Shown: positions 21,345-32,854 of the stretch, in pieces
How the letters are laid out: each line of letters opens with the position of its first letter
How positions within the stretch are numbered: the first letter of the stretch is position 1
NCBI RefSeq assembly: GCF_004010195.1
Contig: NC_057720.1
Span: 26,340,694 to 26,375,305, forward strand
Length of the DNA stretch: 34,612 bases
Origin: Chiloscyllium plagiosum
Lineage: Eukaryota
Direction of reading: 5' to 3'
Program-made: the position numbers and the translations under genes
The notes under the pieces: generated by a model
What the model saw: only the letters and a program-made list of their open reading frames with translations
Database searches by the model: none
Told to the model about the DNA's origin: nothing

Positions 21345-23553
21345 ACAAAGAACAAAGAAAATTTACAGCCCGGGAACAGGCCCTTCAGCCCTTCAAGCCT
21401 GAGCCAATCCAAATCTACTGTCTAAACCTGTCGGTCAATTCCTAAGCATCTGTATCCCTCTGCTCCCCACCTACTCATGCATCTGTCCAGATGCATCATA
21501 AATGAATTTACCGTGCCTGCCTTGACCACCTCTGCTGGTAACGCGTTCAAAATGCCCACCACCCTCTGTGTGAAGTACTTATCACATGTATCCCCCTTAA
21601 ACTTTCCACTTCTCACCTTGAAAGCGTGACCTCTCGTTATTGAATCCTTCAACCTGGGAAAAAGCTTGTCTCTATCCATCCTGTCTATACCCTTCATGAT
21701 TTTGTAAACCACAATCAGGTCCCCCCTCAATCTCCTTTTTTCTAATGAAAACAAACCAATGTACTCAACCTCTCTTCATAGCTAGCACCTTCCATACCAG
21801 GCAACATCCTCGTAAACCTTCTCTGCACCCTCTCCAAAGCGTCCACATCTTTTTGGTAATGTGGCGACCACAACTGTACACAATATTCTAAATGCGGCCG
21901 AACCAATGCCTTGTACAATTTTAACATGACTTGCCAGCTCTTATACTCAATACCCCGTCCGATAAAGGCAAGCATTCTATGTGCCTTCTTGACCACTCTA
22001 TCCACCTGTGCAGCAACCTTCAGGGTACAAAGGACCTGCACTCCCAGGTCTCTGCCCATCAACTTTTCCCAAGGATCTTCCGTTCATTGTATAATTCGAG
22101 AAACTCCCTTCAACTACTACTCTCTGTCTCCTGTTTCTCAACCAGTTCTTTATCCACCTAGCTAGAACATCCTGCACACCATGTGACTTCACTTTCTCCA
22201 TTCGTCTACCATAGGGAACCTAATCAAATGTCTTACTAAAGTCCATGTATATGACATCTATACTTTCTTCATCTATCAACTTGGTCACTTCCTCAAATAA
22301 CTCTATTAAGTTGGTAAGGCACAACCTCCCCCGCACAAAACCACGTTGCCTATCATTGATAAGCATCCTTTTCTAAATGTAAATATATCCTATCCCTCAG
22401 TACCATCTTCAGCAACTTTCCCACCACCGACGTCAGGCTCACTTGTCTATAGTTACCCAAAATATCCCTACTACCATTCTTGTACAGGGGGACAACATGA
22501 CCAACCTTCCACTCCTCCGGCACCTCACCTGTATTTAAGGATGCCACAAAGATATCTCTCAGGGCCCCACCTATTTCCTCTCTTGCTTCCCTCAGCAACC
22601 TGGGATAGATCCCATCCGGTCCTGGGGATTTGTCCACCTTAATAACCTCTAGCCTACCCAACACATCTTCCCTACTTATGTCAACGTGATCCAGACTAAT
22701 TAAACTTCTATCTCTAATCTCAACATTCATCATGTTCCTCTCCTCAGTGAACACTGATGCAAAGTAATCATTCAGAATCTCATCCATTCTCGCAGGTTCG
22801 ACACACAGCCTTCCTTCATTATCCTTTAGTGGACCAATGCTTTCCCTAGTTACCCGCTTGCTTCTTATATAAGAATAAAATGCTTTGGGATTCTTAATTC
22901 TACTCGCTAAAGCTTTTTCATGACCTCTTTTAGCCCACTTGATTCCTCGTTTAAGACTTGTCCTACTCTTCCGATATTCCTCCCAGGCCCGTTCTATTCC
23001 TAGCTGCCTAGACCTTATGTACGCTTCCCTTTTCCTCCTGGCTAGTCGTACAATTTCTCTTGTCATCCACGGTTCACAAATCTTGCCCTTCCTATCCTTT
23101 GCCTTCAATGGGACATGCCTATCCTGCACTATTTTTAACCTATCTTTGAAAACCTCCCACACCTCAAATGTGTACTTCCCTTCAAATAGCTGTATCCAAT
23201 CCACATTTCCCAGCTCCTGCCTAATTTTGATATAATTGGCTTTGGCCCAGTTTAGTACACTTCCCTTAGGACCACGCTTATCTTTACCTACGAGTATTCT
23301 AAAGCTTACAGAATTGTGGTCACTGTTCCCAAAGAAATCCCCCACTGCAACTTCTACCACATGTCCTGGCTCATTCCCCAGTACCAGGTCCAATATGGCT
23401 CCTTCCCTCGTCGGACTACTGACATACTGCTCTAGAAAACTTTCCTGGACGCTTCTTACAAATTCTACCCCATTCAGACCTCTGACGCTAAGTGTATCCC
23501 AGTCAATGTTGGGAAAATTAAAATCTCCCATCACCACTATCCTATTGCCTCTA
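21345..23553 (-). mobile_element. Young 5'-truncated CR1/HER1 LINE with internal deletion of the RT core
   Basis: (TTCTTTG)n tail at about 21345-21362; successive ORF2 frames from the endonuclease to the C-terminus; PQGSVLGP/FADD region missing at about 22095. Confidence 0.96.
22353..23553 (-). pseudogene. CR1 ORF2 fragment (APE endonuclease C-half, linker, RT start); about 400 open codons
   Basis: VVMGDFNFPNIDW, PTREGAILDLVL, SDHNSV, KSPGPDGIYPRLL, NYRQVSLTSVVGKLL. The first ~33 aa of the tracked 432-aa ORF are unrelated flank. Confidence 0.95.
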
Positions 23554-23764
23554 CAAAAGGGATCAGTAAAAGGATAAAATGTAAGGCTCTGAATCAGAAT
23601 GCATGTAGTCGTCAAGACAAAGGAGATGAGCAGCGAGAAATTAATAATCACAATCTGTTGGCTATTGCACAGATATGCAGAATGATATAGATGGGATCTG
23701 AATCTTTAACGGTGCAGATTATTGATGAAGGACTGGAAGTTAGTCAGATGTAGAAAATTGTGCC

Positions 23765-24081
23765 CAGCACGGTGACTCAGTGGTTAGCATTGCTGCCTCA
23801 CAGCGCCGGAGACCCGGGTTCAATTCCCGCCTCAGGCGACTGACTGTGTGGAGTTTGCACGTTCTCCCCGTGTCTGCGTGGGTTTCCTCCGGATGCTCCG
23901 GTTTCCTCCCACAGTCCAAAGATGTGCAAGTCAGGTGAATTGGCCATGCTAAATTGCCCCTAGTGTTAGGGGGTAAGGGGTAAATGTAGTGGTATGGGTG
24001 GGTTGCGCTTCGGCGGGTCGGTGTGGACTTGTTGGTCCGAAGGGCCTGTTTCCACACTGTAATGTAATCTAATCTAATCTA
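23765..24081 (+). mobile_element. HE1-type V-SINE, young
   Basis: GCACGGTGACTCAGTGGTTAGC head, GGTTCAATTCCC B box, V domain, (AATCT)n tail; nearly identical to the reverse complement of 30268-30570. Confidence 0.96.
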
Positions 24082-24390
24082 AATTGGTCACTTTATTTAA
24101 GGAAGGATGTAATACGTTGGAAGAAGTTCAAAGAATGTTTATGAATCTAATACCTGGAATGAATGTTTTATCTTGTGAGGAATGGTTAAATAGGTTAGGC
24201 CTGCATCTGCTGAAGATTAGAAGTGAGAGGTGGCTTAACTGAAACATATAAGATCCTAAAAAGTCTTGATAGAGTACTTGTGGAGAATATTGAAGAATCT
24301 GGAACAAGGGGTCAATGTTTAAAAATCAGGGCTCACCTATTTAAAACAGAGATGAGGTGAATTATCTCGCAGAGGGTCATATGTTTTAAA

Positions 24391-24497
24391 AAGGAGCAGT
24401 GCTCCGAAAGCTTTTACTTTTAAATAAACTTGCTGGATTATAATCTGGTGTTGTGTGATTTTTAACTTTGTCCTAGTCTAACACCAGCACCTCCACG
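24391..24497 (+). mobile_element. PLE-derived short unit (family B), starting inside the hammerhead motif
   Basis: AAGGAGCAGTGCTCCGAAAGCT...AATAAA..GGATTATAATCTGGTGTTGTGTGATTTTTAAC; homologous to 34066-34144. Confidence 0.85.
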
Positions 24498-24785
24498 TTA
24501 TTCATTTACAGGTGGTGAAAGCAGAGTCCTTGAATATTTTTAAGAGAGTGATAGCAAGAATCTTGTTAAGTAAATGGTAAAAGATTATCAGGGATGGACA
24601 GGATGTGGGTTTGTCTTTACAACAGGTCAGCCATGATCATATTAAATGAGAGAGCTGGTTTCGGCTCTTGTTTGCATGTTTGTACGATTCTATTTTAAAT
24701 TGAGTCCTTCTCCCTTGGTGAAGACAAATACAAAACATGTAGTTAATACCTCAGCTATGCCTACCAGCTTCCATACATAACTCCC

Positions 24786-25050
24786 ACTGTCAGAGATGCA
24801 GTTTCATGGCTGGACTGTCTGCTTTCATTGTTCAAAGAAAAACAAATGAGTTAGGCGTGCGTTTACATTTATTCTTCAAACAGCATCGTGAAAACACGTG
24901 GTCTGCTTTTTAAAAATCTCGTTGCTGATTGTAGAATCTTGCACTGCGCAAATCGCTGCACTTGTAGCTTTGACTACACTTCAAACCTACATCATTGGCT
25001 GAATCACTTTTGAGACATCCTAGGTCTTGAAAGGACTTATATTTCTCTCA
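24786..25050 (+). mobile_element. Ancient Deu-domain SINE remnant (SacSINE1/AmnSINE-like)
   Basis: TGCGCAAATCGCTGC...TGACTACACTTCAAA..ACATCATTGGCTG...TTTGAGACATCCTAGGTCTTGAAAGG matches my recollection of the DeuSINE 3' region; highly diverged. Confidence 0.65.
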
Positions 25051-26811
25051 TAGCCATTAGCATTTCACAACCTGTACCTGCAGTGTCAAAAACAGCAGCC
25101 CAGACCAGCCCAGGAAATGCAGCTGGGAAGATCAGACAACTTCATTAACAATGAGTAGTGCCAATCAGCCCATTTGAGTCCATGCCAACATCTCAGGATT
25201 CATAACTTAGCACTTCCCAAAACTGACATCTCCACAGAAGTCGTAAATGTAGCAGCCACTTTATCTGTGATTGTTTTGCATGTATTTCCTTTCTGGTGCT
25301 AGTGGGAGGTGACCAAGAGAATCCAATAGTTGTAGAGCCATAGCGAGTCACTAAGTCATGGTTTCACTGACAATCAAACATGAAAATAAGTGGATTGATG
25401 ATTCGTGGGAAAAGTTCATTCTAGAGGTCCAATAATCCAAGGTACAAGTGAATTATCCATGCGCATATTTACTTTTCATGTCAACGGATTACCTTTCTAC
25501 ATTACTCTGTGAAGTTAGTTTTGTGCTCTACAGTGCACTAATAAAGACGGATTTATCAATATACCAAGCATACACATACTGCAAATCTACTGAAGCTGCT
25601 GATTTCATTTAGAATTTAATTTTAGAAGGTTATTCTACATATCAAGTCAAGGTTTAGGAATGCTTATTAAAAAGTGAACATGTGTATTTCTCTTGTAATG
25701 ATAAATAACTAGATGTAATTTGAACGTAACTCAGAGTATCTGTGATTACTATTCAAAGCGTAAACTTTCATTTTAATTTGTGATCTTCACTGTCACGATG
25801 TCAAGCATATAGGAAAGAGAAGCGTGTGGCAATCCTGATAATGGATTTTCAGCATCGGCCTTATCTCCAGTGCAATGTTCAGGTATTGCATTTTCAAATC
25901 TAAATTAAATTAAGCACATTTCCAAAAATATTTACATATTGTGCTTTAAAATCTATTTCTCATTGTTACACAGATTGATGAAATTTCCAACTGTGTGATG
26001 CATGTTTCCAACAAATATTTGTGAAAACACGATTTTAAAAAAAGGCTGCAGACAAGAGAAATGTTCTGGAAGATATCCCATTGTTCCAAAGTCCATCAAA
26101 AACAAAACATGTGTCTCTTTGTAAACTCAGGATGTAACAATCACACTGAAAGGAACTTAAACATACATGCTAGCCTCAGGTGCACTACGGAAACATACAG
26201 CAGAAATTTCCCACCTGGTTCAGGAAAGAGTGGACTGTGAAAGACTGTGAATTAATGTTAAATCAGATTTGACATCTTCCCCCTCTCTTCCTCCACCTCA
26301 CCATTCCTAATTCTCCCTCAGGCAAGACATGAGGCCTTTTCACCAAATTCTCCAACCTCTTTTTTAATAATGGAACACTGTTCCTCTCATCATAAATTCC
26401 ACATATCACACCGTTTTCCGGCAATACTTCTGAATTACATATCTCCTCATCTCTCACCATCGAAATTGCTTTAATCCTGTATCTCTTAAAATTTAAATTT
26501 CTTTACCTGCTCCTCACTCATACAAATAAATTATTTAAAGAGACCTAGCACTTTCTTTACAACCAACCTCCATCAGCTCGGACATTCTTTTGCAGCTTTT
26601 TAACTTCCACTGTGCTTTCCTTTATTACTTCAACAAAACCCACTGGCTTATCCTATTTTCCCACATCTGTCTTCCCAGTGTTTTTTTCTAAACCACCAAA
26701 ACTGCGACTTCATGTGGCCTCTGTTATTACAGTGCTTTTTTACTTCTCTTTCTCCCTCATGGGTTTCCTTTTTACCCTGTGGTAAACTATCTTTACTAGC
26801 TGCAGCGAGAT

Positions 26812-27410
26812 CTCATAGAATAAATAGAATAGAATAGGACAGAATAGAATAGAATGGAATAGAATAGAATATAACAGCCTTTATTGTCATATATACTGAA
26901 AGAGTATAGTGAAAGGCTTATGCATTGCCAATTACAGCACCAATTAGATACTAAAGTGCTAATGCACAGCTTCTTAGCTTCCAGTTCATACCAGGCCCTG
27001 GCTCCACACTGCGGCAGCAACACGCCATGCCAGGAGGCCACTGCAGCAAGCTGAAAGGCCACCATGCCACACCGGGCAGCGTCTACATAAGGAGGCCACT
27101 GAACCAGGCCAGGAGGTTGCCACAGCCAGGACGTTGCCATGCCAACACTGGGATGCCACTCTGGGTGGCCAGGAGTTGTCATGCCATGCCAGGAGGATCT
27201 GTGCCAGGCTTGGAGGTAGCTATAGGAGGCCAGTGCGCCTGGCCAGAAATCATCGCTCGCCGGAGGCCAGGAGTCAGTCCGGGAATCATCGCCAGAGAAA
27301 GAGAAAAGAAGAAGGAGAAGGAGGAGAAGAAGAAAAAGCATTGAGAGGAAGAAAATGAGAAGAAAAAGAAGGAGAAAAGAAGAAGAATGGGCGGAGTGGA
27401 CAAGCTTTTT
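26812..27410 (-). mobile_element. Unclassified ~600-bp retroposed insertion with (TTCTA)n tail
   Basis: Minus strand: pyrimidine (CTT) tract, GC-rich body, AATAAA, then (TATTC)n tail at 26815-26870; interrupts the gag frame. Confidence 0.6.
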
Positions 27411-27761
27411 TCCCGCTCTTCATACTCCCCAGATATCTCCTCTGATAGTGATGTAAATATCTCACTAGCTCCACCTACCAACTTTGTTTGGAGCAACAAT
27501 ACTCACATTGTCACTGGCCATTTCACTTGTCTAACCATTTTCTCAAACAAAAGTAAAAAGGCTTCTACATGCTTCTTGTCAAACTTAAGCAATGCTTGCA
27601 CATATTTTAGCAGATCCCCACAATGCCTTTGGCTATGAAGGAGTTGCTCTCTAACACTGCCCTCATCACTACTTCTACTTTTCACCTCTACCTCTGCCAT
27701 ATTAAGTCAACTTTGAGATTTAAATTCCAAGCTCTGAAGTTGACAAATCCTTTTGTTCGGA

Positions 27762-27994
27762 GGAGAAAGTGAGGACGGCAGGTGCTGGAGATAAGAGCTG
27801 AAAAATGTGTTGCTGGAAAAGCGCAGCAGGTCAGGCAGCATCCAAGGAGCAGGAGCATCGATGTTTCGGGCATAAGCCCTTCTTCAGGAATCTCTAGGGC
27901 CAGGAAGAAGGGCTTATGCCCGAAACGTCAATTCTCCTGCTCCTTGGATGCTGCCTGACCTGCTGCGCTTTTCCAGCAACACATTTTTCAGTTC
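27762..27994. mobile_element. Head-to-head inverted pair of PLE family A units inserted in gag
   Basis: Arms about 27795-27885 and 27904-27994 are reverse complements with few mismatches, 18-nt spacer; CAAATCCT at 27744-27751 and 27994-28001 may be a TSD. Confidence 0.92.
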
Positions 27995-28532
27995 AAATCC
28001 TCTTTTTCTCACATTCCCTTGCTAGGGCTATCCTTTCATTTTCATCTTCCTTGCTTTTAATTGTCACTCAAATGGTTTCATTTCCTTGTCTCTTTCTTTT
28101 TGTTCTGCCAGGGCCATTCATTCTTTCAGTTTTTCCCTTGCCATTGCCTCTAATTTAAGCTGCTTAATTTGCAGTTGAATTTTAGCGACCTTCAATTATT
28201 CTGATTGCATTCCAAGCAACAGTTGTAAATGTAAAGCTGTTGCTTCAATTATCTCCCCCTTTCCTCATTGTCACAGGCCACGCCAACTTCAACTTTTTTG
28301 CCAATTCCAAATGCTTTGTTTTGCTCACTCTCTGTAAAACTTCTCAAGTGACTTCTTCCACTCCCAGGAAAGTCTTCCTAACTGAAAGAGCCATTAATAA
28401 ATGAGGCACATCCTGTTTAAACCAACACCTAAGATAATGAACACCAACATTCACCACTCACTGCCTTCGAGTCCAATAATCCTAAACCCAACCTGGAATG
28501 AGAGATTTTGATCCCAACAAGAGAGCTCAGTT

Positions 28533-29147
28533 TGTTATGGACCAGATCAAACCCTTTCAAAGTGATATCAGGGAAATAGCCAAGACACTACCATTTTATT
28601 TTAAAGGCAAGTGCCAGGTGTTGTGTTCTGAATGAAATTTGATTTGTCAAATTTTGCAAAACATGCTTTATTCATATACTATAGTTAAAATATTGACAAA
28701 ATAAAAATAAGAGAGAAAAATTGGCTTAACTGTAACTCTATCAAAACACTTAAAATAATAAACTATTCATTAGCTGTTCTAATATAGTAATATCCCATAA
28801 ACATGCCCTTGGCAAAGGTAAATTTAGTAAAACAGATTGCCTGACATGCAATTCTAGCAGCAGGACAAGAACCCCAGCTTTTAGCTGCGAGAGAGAGAGG
28901 AATAAGAGCCTCTACATCCAGCTTCAAGACCCCAACAATTGGGACTGAAAGCTAAACTAAAAATTCTGTGAGAGCACGACCACACTCTTTCAGGCAGCTT
29001 CTATTGTTCCGATTTAAAAACAAAACCTAAGGCCTCACAAGCTGATTACTTCATTGGCTTTGAGTAAACACTCAACGCCTCTATCTTAACCTCTCTTCAT
29101 TAAAAAAAAGAACAAAATACACCTCTTAAAGCCATAGTATCATCACA
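28533..29147 (-). mobile_element. 5' LTR of the Gmr1-like element
   Basis: Minus strand TGTGATG...CATAACA (6/7 inverted termini), followed by a decayed PBS-like AACTGAGCTCTCTTGTTGGGATC and the gag ATG about 140 bp later. Confidence 0.8.
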
Positions 29148-29431
29148 TATGCCAACAACAGGGTAAATGGAATTTCTTAAAGACATACACTTTCATTGGA
29201 TGTGGACATAGCTGGTGGGGTCAGCATTTGTTGTTCATCCATAATTGCCCTTAAGAAGGTTACAATGCACCATCTTCTTGAACCATTGCAATCCATATGC
29301 TACATATTTACCTACAGTACAGCTTAGAAGGAAATTTGGTCAAATGATAATGAAGAAGCCATAGAATTGTCCTAAGTCAGAATGGAATGTGGCTTGGAGG
29401 TGAACTTCCAGATGGTGTTCCCATGTGCCTT

Positions 29432-29698
29432 TTTATTAATTCACTCATGGCCACTGAGTAGGCCAGACTTATTTCCTATCTTTAATTGACCAGCCAACAG
29501 TTAATTATGAAGGTCAGGATTCATATGTAGGCCAGACTAAATTTGGATGGCAGATTTCCCTCCTGAAAGGACATTATTGAACCAAATGGATTTTTATGAC
29601 AATCAATAATTGTTATTTGGCTGTTATTAGGGCATTATGTTAGTCTAGATTTTTATTAAATATAAATTTCCATTATCTGCCATGGTGGGATTTGAACC
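29432..29698 (-). mobile_element. tRNA-derived SINE (same family as 9222-9382), head truncated at the B box
   Basis: Minus strand starts GGTTCAAATCCCACCATGGCAGA (B box); contains GGAAATCTGCCATCC..TCTGGCCTACATATGA. Confidence 0.75.
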
Positions 29699-30137
29699 TA
29701 TTTATTATAAACAACATGGCTTTGTGTGGGGGAGGTCATGCCTCACTAACTTGATTGGGGATTTTGAGGAGGTGCTGAAAATGATTGATGAGGAAAAAGC
29801 GGTTGATGTCTTCATGGACTTCAGTAATGACTTTGACAAGGTCCCTCATGGCAGACTGGTACAAAAGGTGCAGTCACATGCTATCAGGGATGAGCTGGCA
29901 AGATGGATACAGAACTGGCTTAGTCATAGGAGACAGATGGTAATGATGGAAGCATGCTTTTTAGAATGGAGGGTTGTGACTAGTGGTGTTCCACAGGGAT
30001 CAGTGCTGGGACCTCAGCTGTTCATGCTCTACATAAATGATTTGGAGGAAAATGTGACTGGTCTAATTAGTAAGATTATGGACGATACAAAGATAGTAGC
30101 ATTTTGGATAGTGAGGAGGATTGTCAGAGGATACAAC

Positions 30138-30783
30138 AGAATAGAGTTCATAGAATTCCTACAGTATGGAAACAGGACCTTTGGTCCACACTGACCCTCC
30201 GAACAGTAACCCACTCAAACCCATTCCCCTACCTTATACTCTACATTTGCCCCTAACTAACACATCCTTAGATTAGATTAGATTACAGTGTAGAAACAGG
30301 CCCTTCGGCCCAACAAGTCCACACCGACCCGCCGAAGCGAAACCCACCCATACCCCTACATTTACCCTTTTACCTAACACTACGGGCAATTTAGTATGGC
30401 CAATTCACCTGACCCTGCACATCTTTGTGATGTGGGAGGAAACCGGAGCACCCGGAGGAAACCCACGCAGACACGGGGAGAACGTGCAAACTCCACACAG
30501 TCAGTCGCCTGAGGCGGGAATTGAACCCGGGTCTCTGGCGCTGTGAGGCAGCAGTGCTAACCACTGTGCCATCCCTGAACAATGTGGGCAATTTAGCATG
30601 ACCAATCCACCTAATCTGCACATCTTTGGATTGTGGGAGGGAACTGGAGTACCCGGAGGAAACCCACGCAGACACAGGGAGAATGTGCAAACTCCACACA
30701 GACAGTCACCTGAGGCGGGAATCAAACCTGGGTCCCTGGTGCTGTGAAGCAGTAGTGCTAACACTGAGCCACACATGCTGCCC
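30138..30783 (-). mobile_element. Older HE1-type SINE (30138-30267 plus 30571-30783) hosting a younger HE1
   Basis: Tail and 3' stem at 30138-30200; V domain and tRNA head at 30585-30783. Confidence 0.9.
30268..30570 (-). mobile_element. Young HE1-type V-SINE nested in the older HE1
   Basis: (TAGAT)n...CACTGTGCC, flanked by CATCC on both sides (short TSD). Confidence 0.95.
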
Positions 30784-32854
30784 AAGTTCAGTTAGAGTCA
30801 TGGCAGAAAAATGGCTGAGTGGAGTTTCATCGAGACAAATGTGAGTTAATAGATTTTGGAAGGTCAAGTACAGGTGTAGATTATACAGGAGTATAATTAG
30901 GAGTATTGATATGCAGAGGCATCTGGGAGTCCAGGTCCTCAGATCACTGAAGGTAGTTAAAAAGTAGTAAAAATCCCGATGGCATGGTTACTTTCATTGA
31001 AAGGGGCAATGAGTATAAAGATAAACAAGTTATGCTGCAGCTTTATAGAACTTCAGTTTGGCCACACTTGGAATATTTTATATCTAGTTCTAATCACCAC
31101 ACTATCAGAAGGATGTGGATACTTTGGGGAGGGGAGTACAGAAACGGTTTACCAGGATGTTGCCTGGTATGGGGGATTTCAGCTATGAAGAAAGGTTAAA
31201 TAGACTGGATTTGTTTACACTGGAACACAGGAGGTTGAGCAGCGACCTGGTAGAAGTTTATAGGGTTGTGAATGTCATGGATAGAATGGAAAGTATGATG
31301 TTCTTTTTTCCCAGGGTGGAGTGGTCAGTTACTATGTGACACAGGTTGTGGGGGTGGGGGGGAGGGAAGAGTGTTGAAAAGAGATGTGTGGGGCAGGTTT
31401 TTCACACAAAGGGTGGTGAGAGCCTGGAGAAATTGCGAGAGGAGATGTGTGGAAGCAGACATAGGAGCAACATTTAAGAAACACCTGGACGAATACATGA
31501 ACAGGAAGGGAACAGATGGATCAGGATCCTGTAAGTGAAGACAGTTTTAGCATGGAAGGGCAAAACATGCTGGCGCAGGCTTGAAAGGTTGAAGGGCCTG
31601 TTCCTGGGCTGTATTGTTCTTTGTTTTATCTGTAGGTCACGACCTCTCCTCAGTCTCTGCTTCCCTTGTCCTTTTCCTGGTCGAGGTGGTGGGTTTGGAA
31701 GGTGGTGTCAGAGGAGCTTGTGACTTTCTGCATATATATGGCATAGAATACCCTTTGCGTTGGTGGTGGAAAGAATGCACGATTACTTTAATGCTGGTCC
31801 ATTTAGCGAGTTTCTTCATCCTGGATGCTGTTGGTCTTCTTAAGTTTGTTGGAACTGCGCTCATCCAGGCAAGTGGAGCAGATTCCATCAGACTCCTGTC
31901 ATGTGAATTGTAGACAGTAGACAGGTTTTGGGGAGTTAGATCATCAGTTACTCGGCTCAGATTTCCCAGCCTCTGATCTTATACTGTAGCCACACAATTT
32001 GTGTTGCTATTACAGCTTAAAGTGGTATCTGATAGCTCCAAGACACAGATACTGGCATTTCAGTGATAGCAATGTAGAGAATGGAAGTGAGAATTGATTA
32101 GATGCATCTTTTTGGAGATGTTTATTGACTGGCAATTGTGGGATGTGGATGTTATGGGGGACAGGTTTCGCTGCATATGGACTGCTTCAGTATCTGTGGA
32201 ATTGCAAATGATGTTCAAAATTATACAAATATCAGCAAATATCCCTACCTCTGATGTTATGAGAAAGGTTAATGATGAAGCAGATGAGGGAAACTGAAGG
32301 ACAGTACCCCGAGGAATGCATCATGCCCTCATAGTGCAAAGGTATTTGAGCTTGGTTCAAGTTCCATGTCCTCCACAGGTGTGTCATAGGTTGATTTCAA
32401 CTATTTGCTCTCACACTGGTGTCCTGGAGCTGAGATGATTGAAGTCTGGTGATTATAATTATCAACAAGAGTCACATGAAAGGAGGCAAGATCTCAGCAC
32501 TCGGGCAGCAATGCATTCCTGAGAGATCACAGCAGCCCCTCAACTGCCTTGGAGAGCTGCACCAATCCCATCAGTGGCAACCCCAGATTTTATGTCTAGA
32601 GTCCAGAACAAAGTAAGTGGTGGGAGAGTGGGTTTTTCATCAAGGAGGGGAAGTGAGGTGGGGAGAGTGGGGAAGTGCATGAGGGGTATTGATGGAGGGA
32701 TTGGGTAGGAATGGGAGGGGCAGGCAGAGCCTTCTGTGGGAGGGAGAGTGGGAGGGAGAGTAGTTTGCAGCAGTTCACCCAAAGTGGAAAGGGAATCTTG
32801 ATACAGACTCTTACCTTCCTGCCCAGTATGGCCTGCCCAGTTTGACCCATGTCC

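Larger units (their letters stand above)
21120..24690 (+). mobile_element. Old CR1 LINE in pieces (21120-21340, 23555-23750, 24085-24690), split by younger insertions
   Basis: ORF1-end motif TTTAAACTAA at 21186; endonuclease start KALNQNACS near 23585; RKDVIRWKKFK and KILKSLDRV C-terminal remnants; 3' UTR near 24590-24690. Confidence 0.65.
26230..28394 (-). mobile_element. Gmr1-like Gypsy element internal region: decayed gag and protease
   Basis: ATG at 28394 (MALSVRKTFLGVEEVT...), FDKKHVEAFLLLFEKMVRQVKWP, LLQTKLVGGASEIFTSLSEE.SGEYEE, zinc-knuckle remnant HCNNRGHMKSQ (about 26740-26700), protease LRDTG (about 26490-26476). Confidence 0.85.
29708..31626 (+). mobile_element. CR1/HER1 LINE RT domain to 3' end, interrupted by nested SINEs
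   Basis: QHGFVWGRSCLTNLI, MDFSNDFDKVPHGRL, SGVPQGSVLGPQLFMLYINDL, SKIMDDTK; later VQKRFTRMLPGM; tail TGTTCTTTGTT. Confidence 0.95.
29190..32420 (-). mobile_element. Old LINE (CR1-group) 3' portion, split into 29190-29430 and about 31650-32420
   Basis: 3' tail shared with the SINE at 9222; ...GGTGTTCCCATGTGCCT (29430) appears to resume as GTCTCTGCTTCCCTTGTCC (about 31653); minus-strand peptide MESAPLAWMSAVPT is ORF2 C-terminal-like. Confidence 0.65.

Noticed and set aside
22353..23651. 432-aa ORF with hydrophobic N-terminus as a host or secreted fusion protein
   Set aside because: The N-terminal ~33 aa are antisense read-through of an older CR1 flank; the rest is truncated CR1 ORF2 ending in a frameshift.
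23765..23835. tRNA gene
   Set aside because: A and B boxes continue directly into the V domain and LINE-like tail; it is a SINE head, as in the other four HE1 copies.
26796..27499. Overlapping 100-180-aa ORFs with poly-Leu/Phe/Glu/Lys, one resembling a signal peptide
   Set aside because: Produced by the low-complexity GAA/CTT tract and microsatellite; only the first ~30 aa of 27179-27499 are real (gag).
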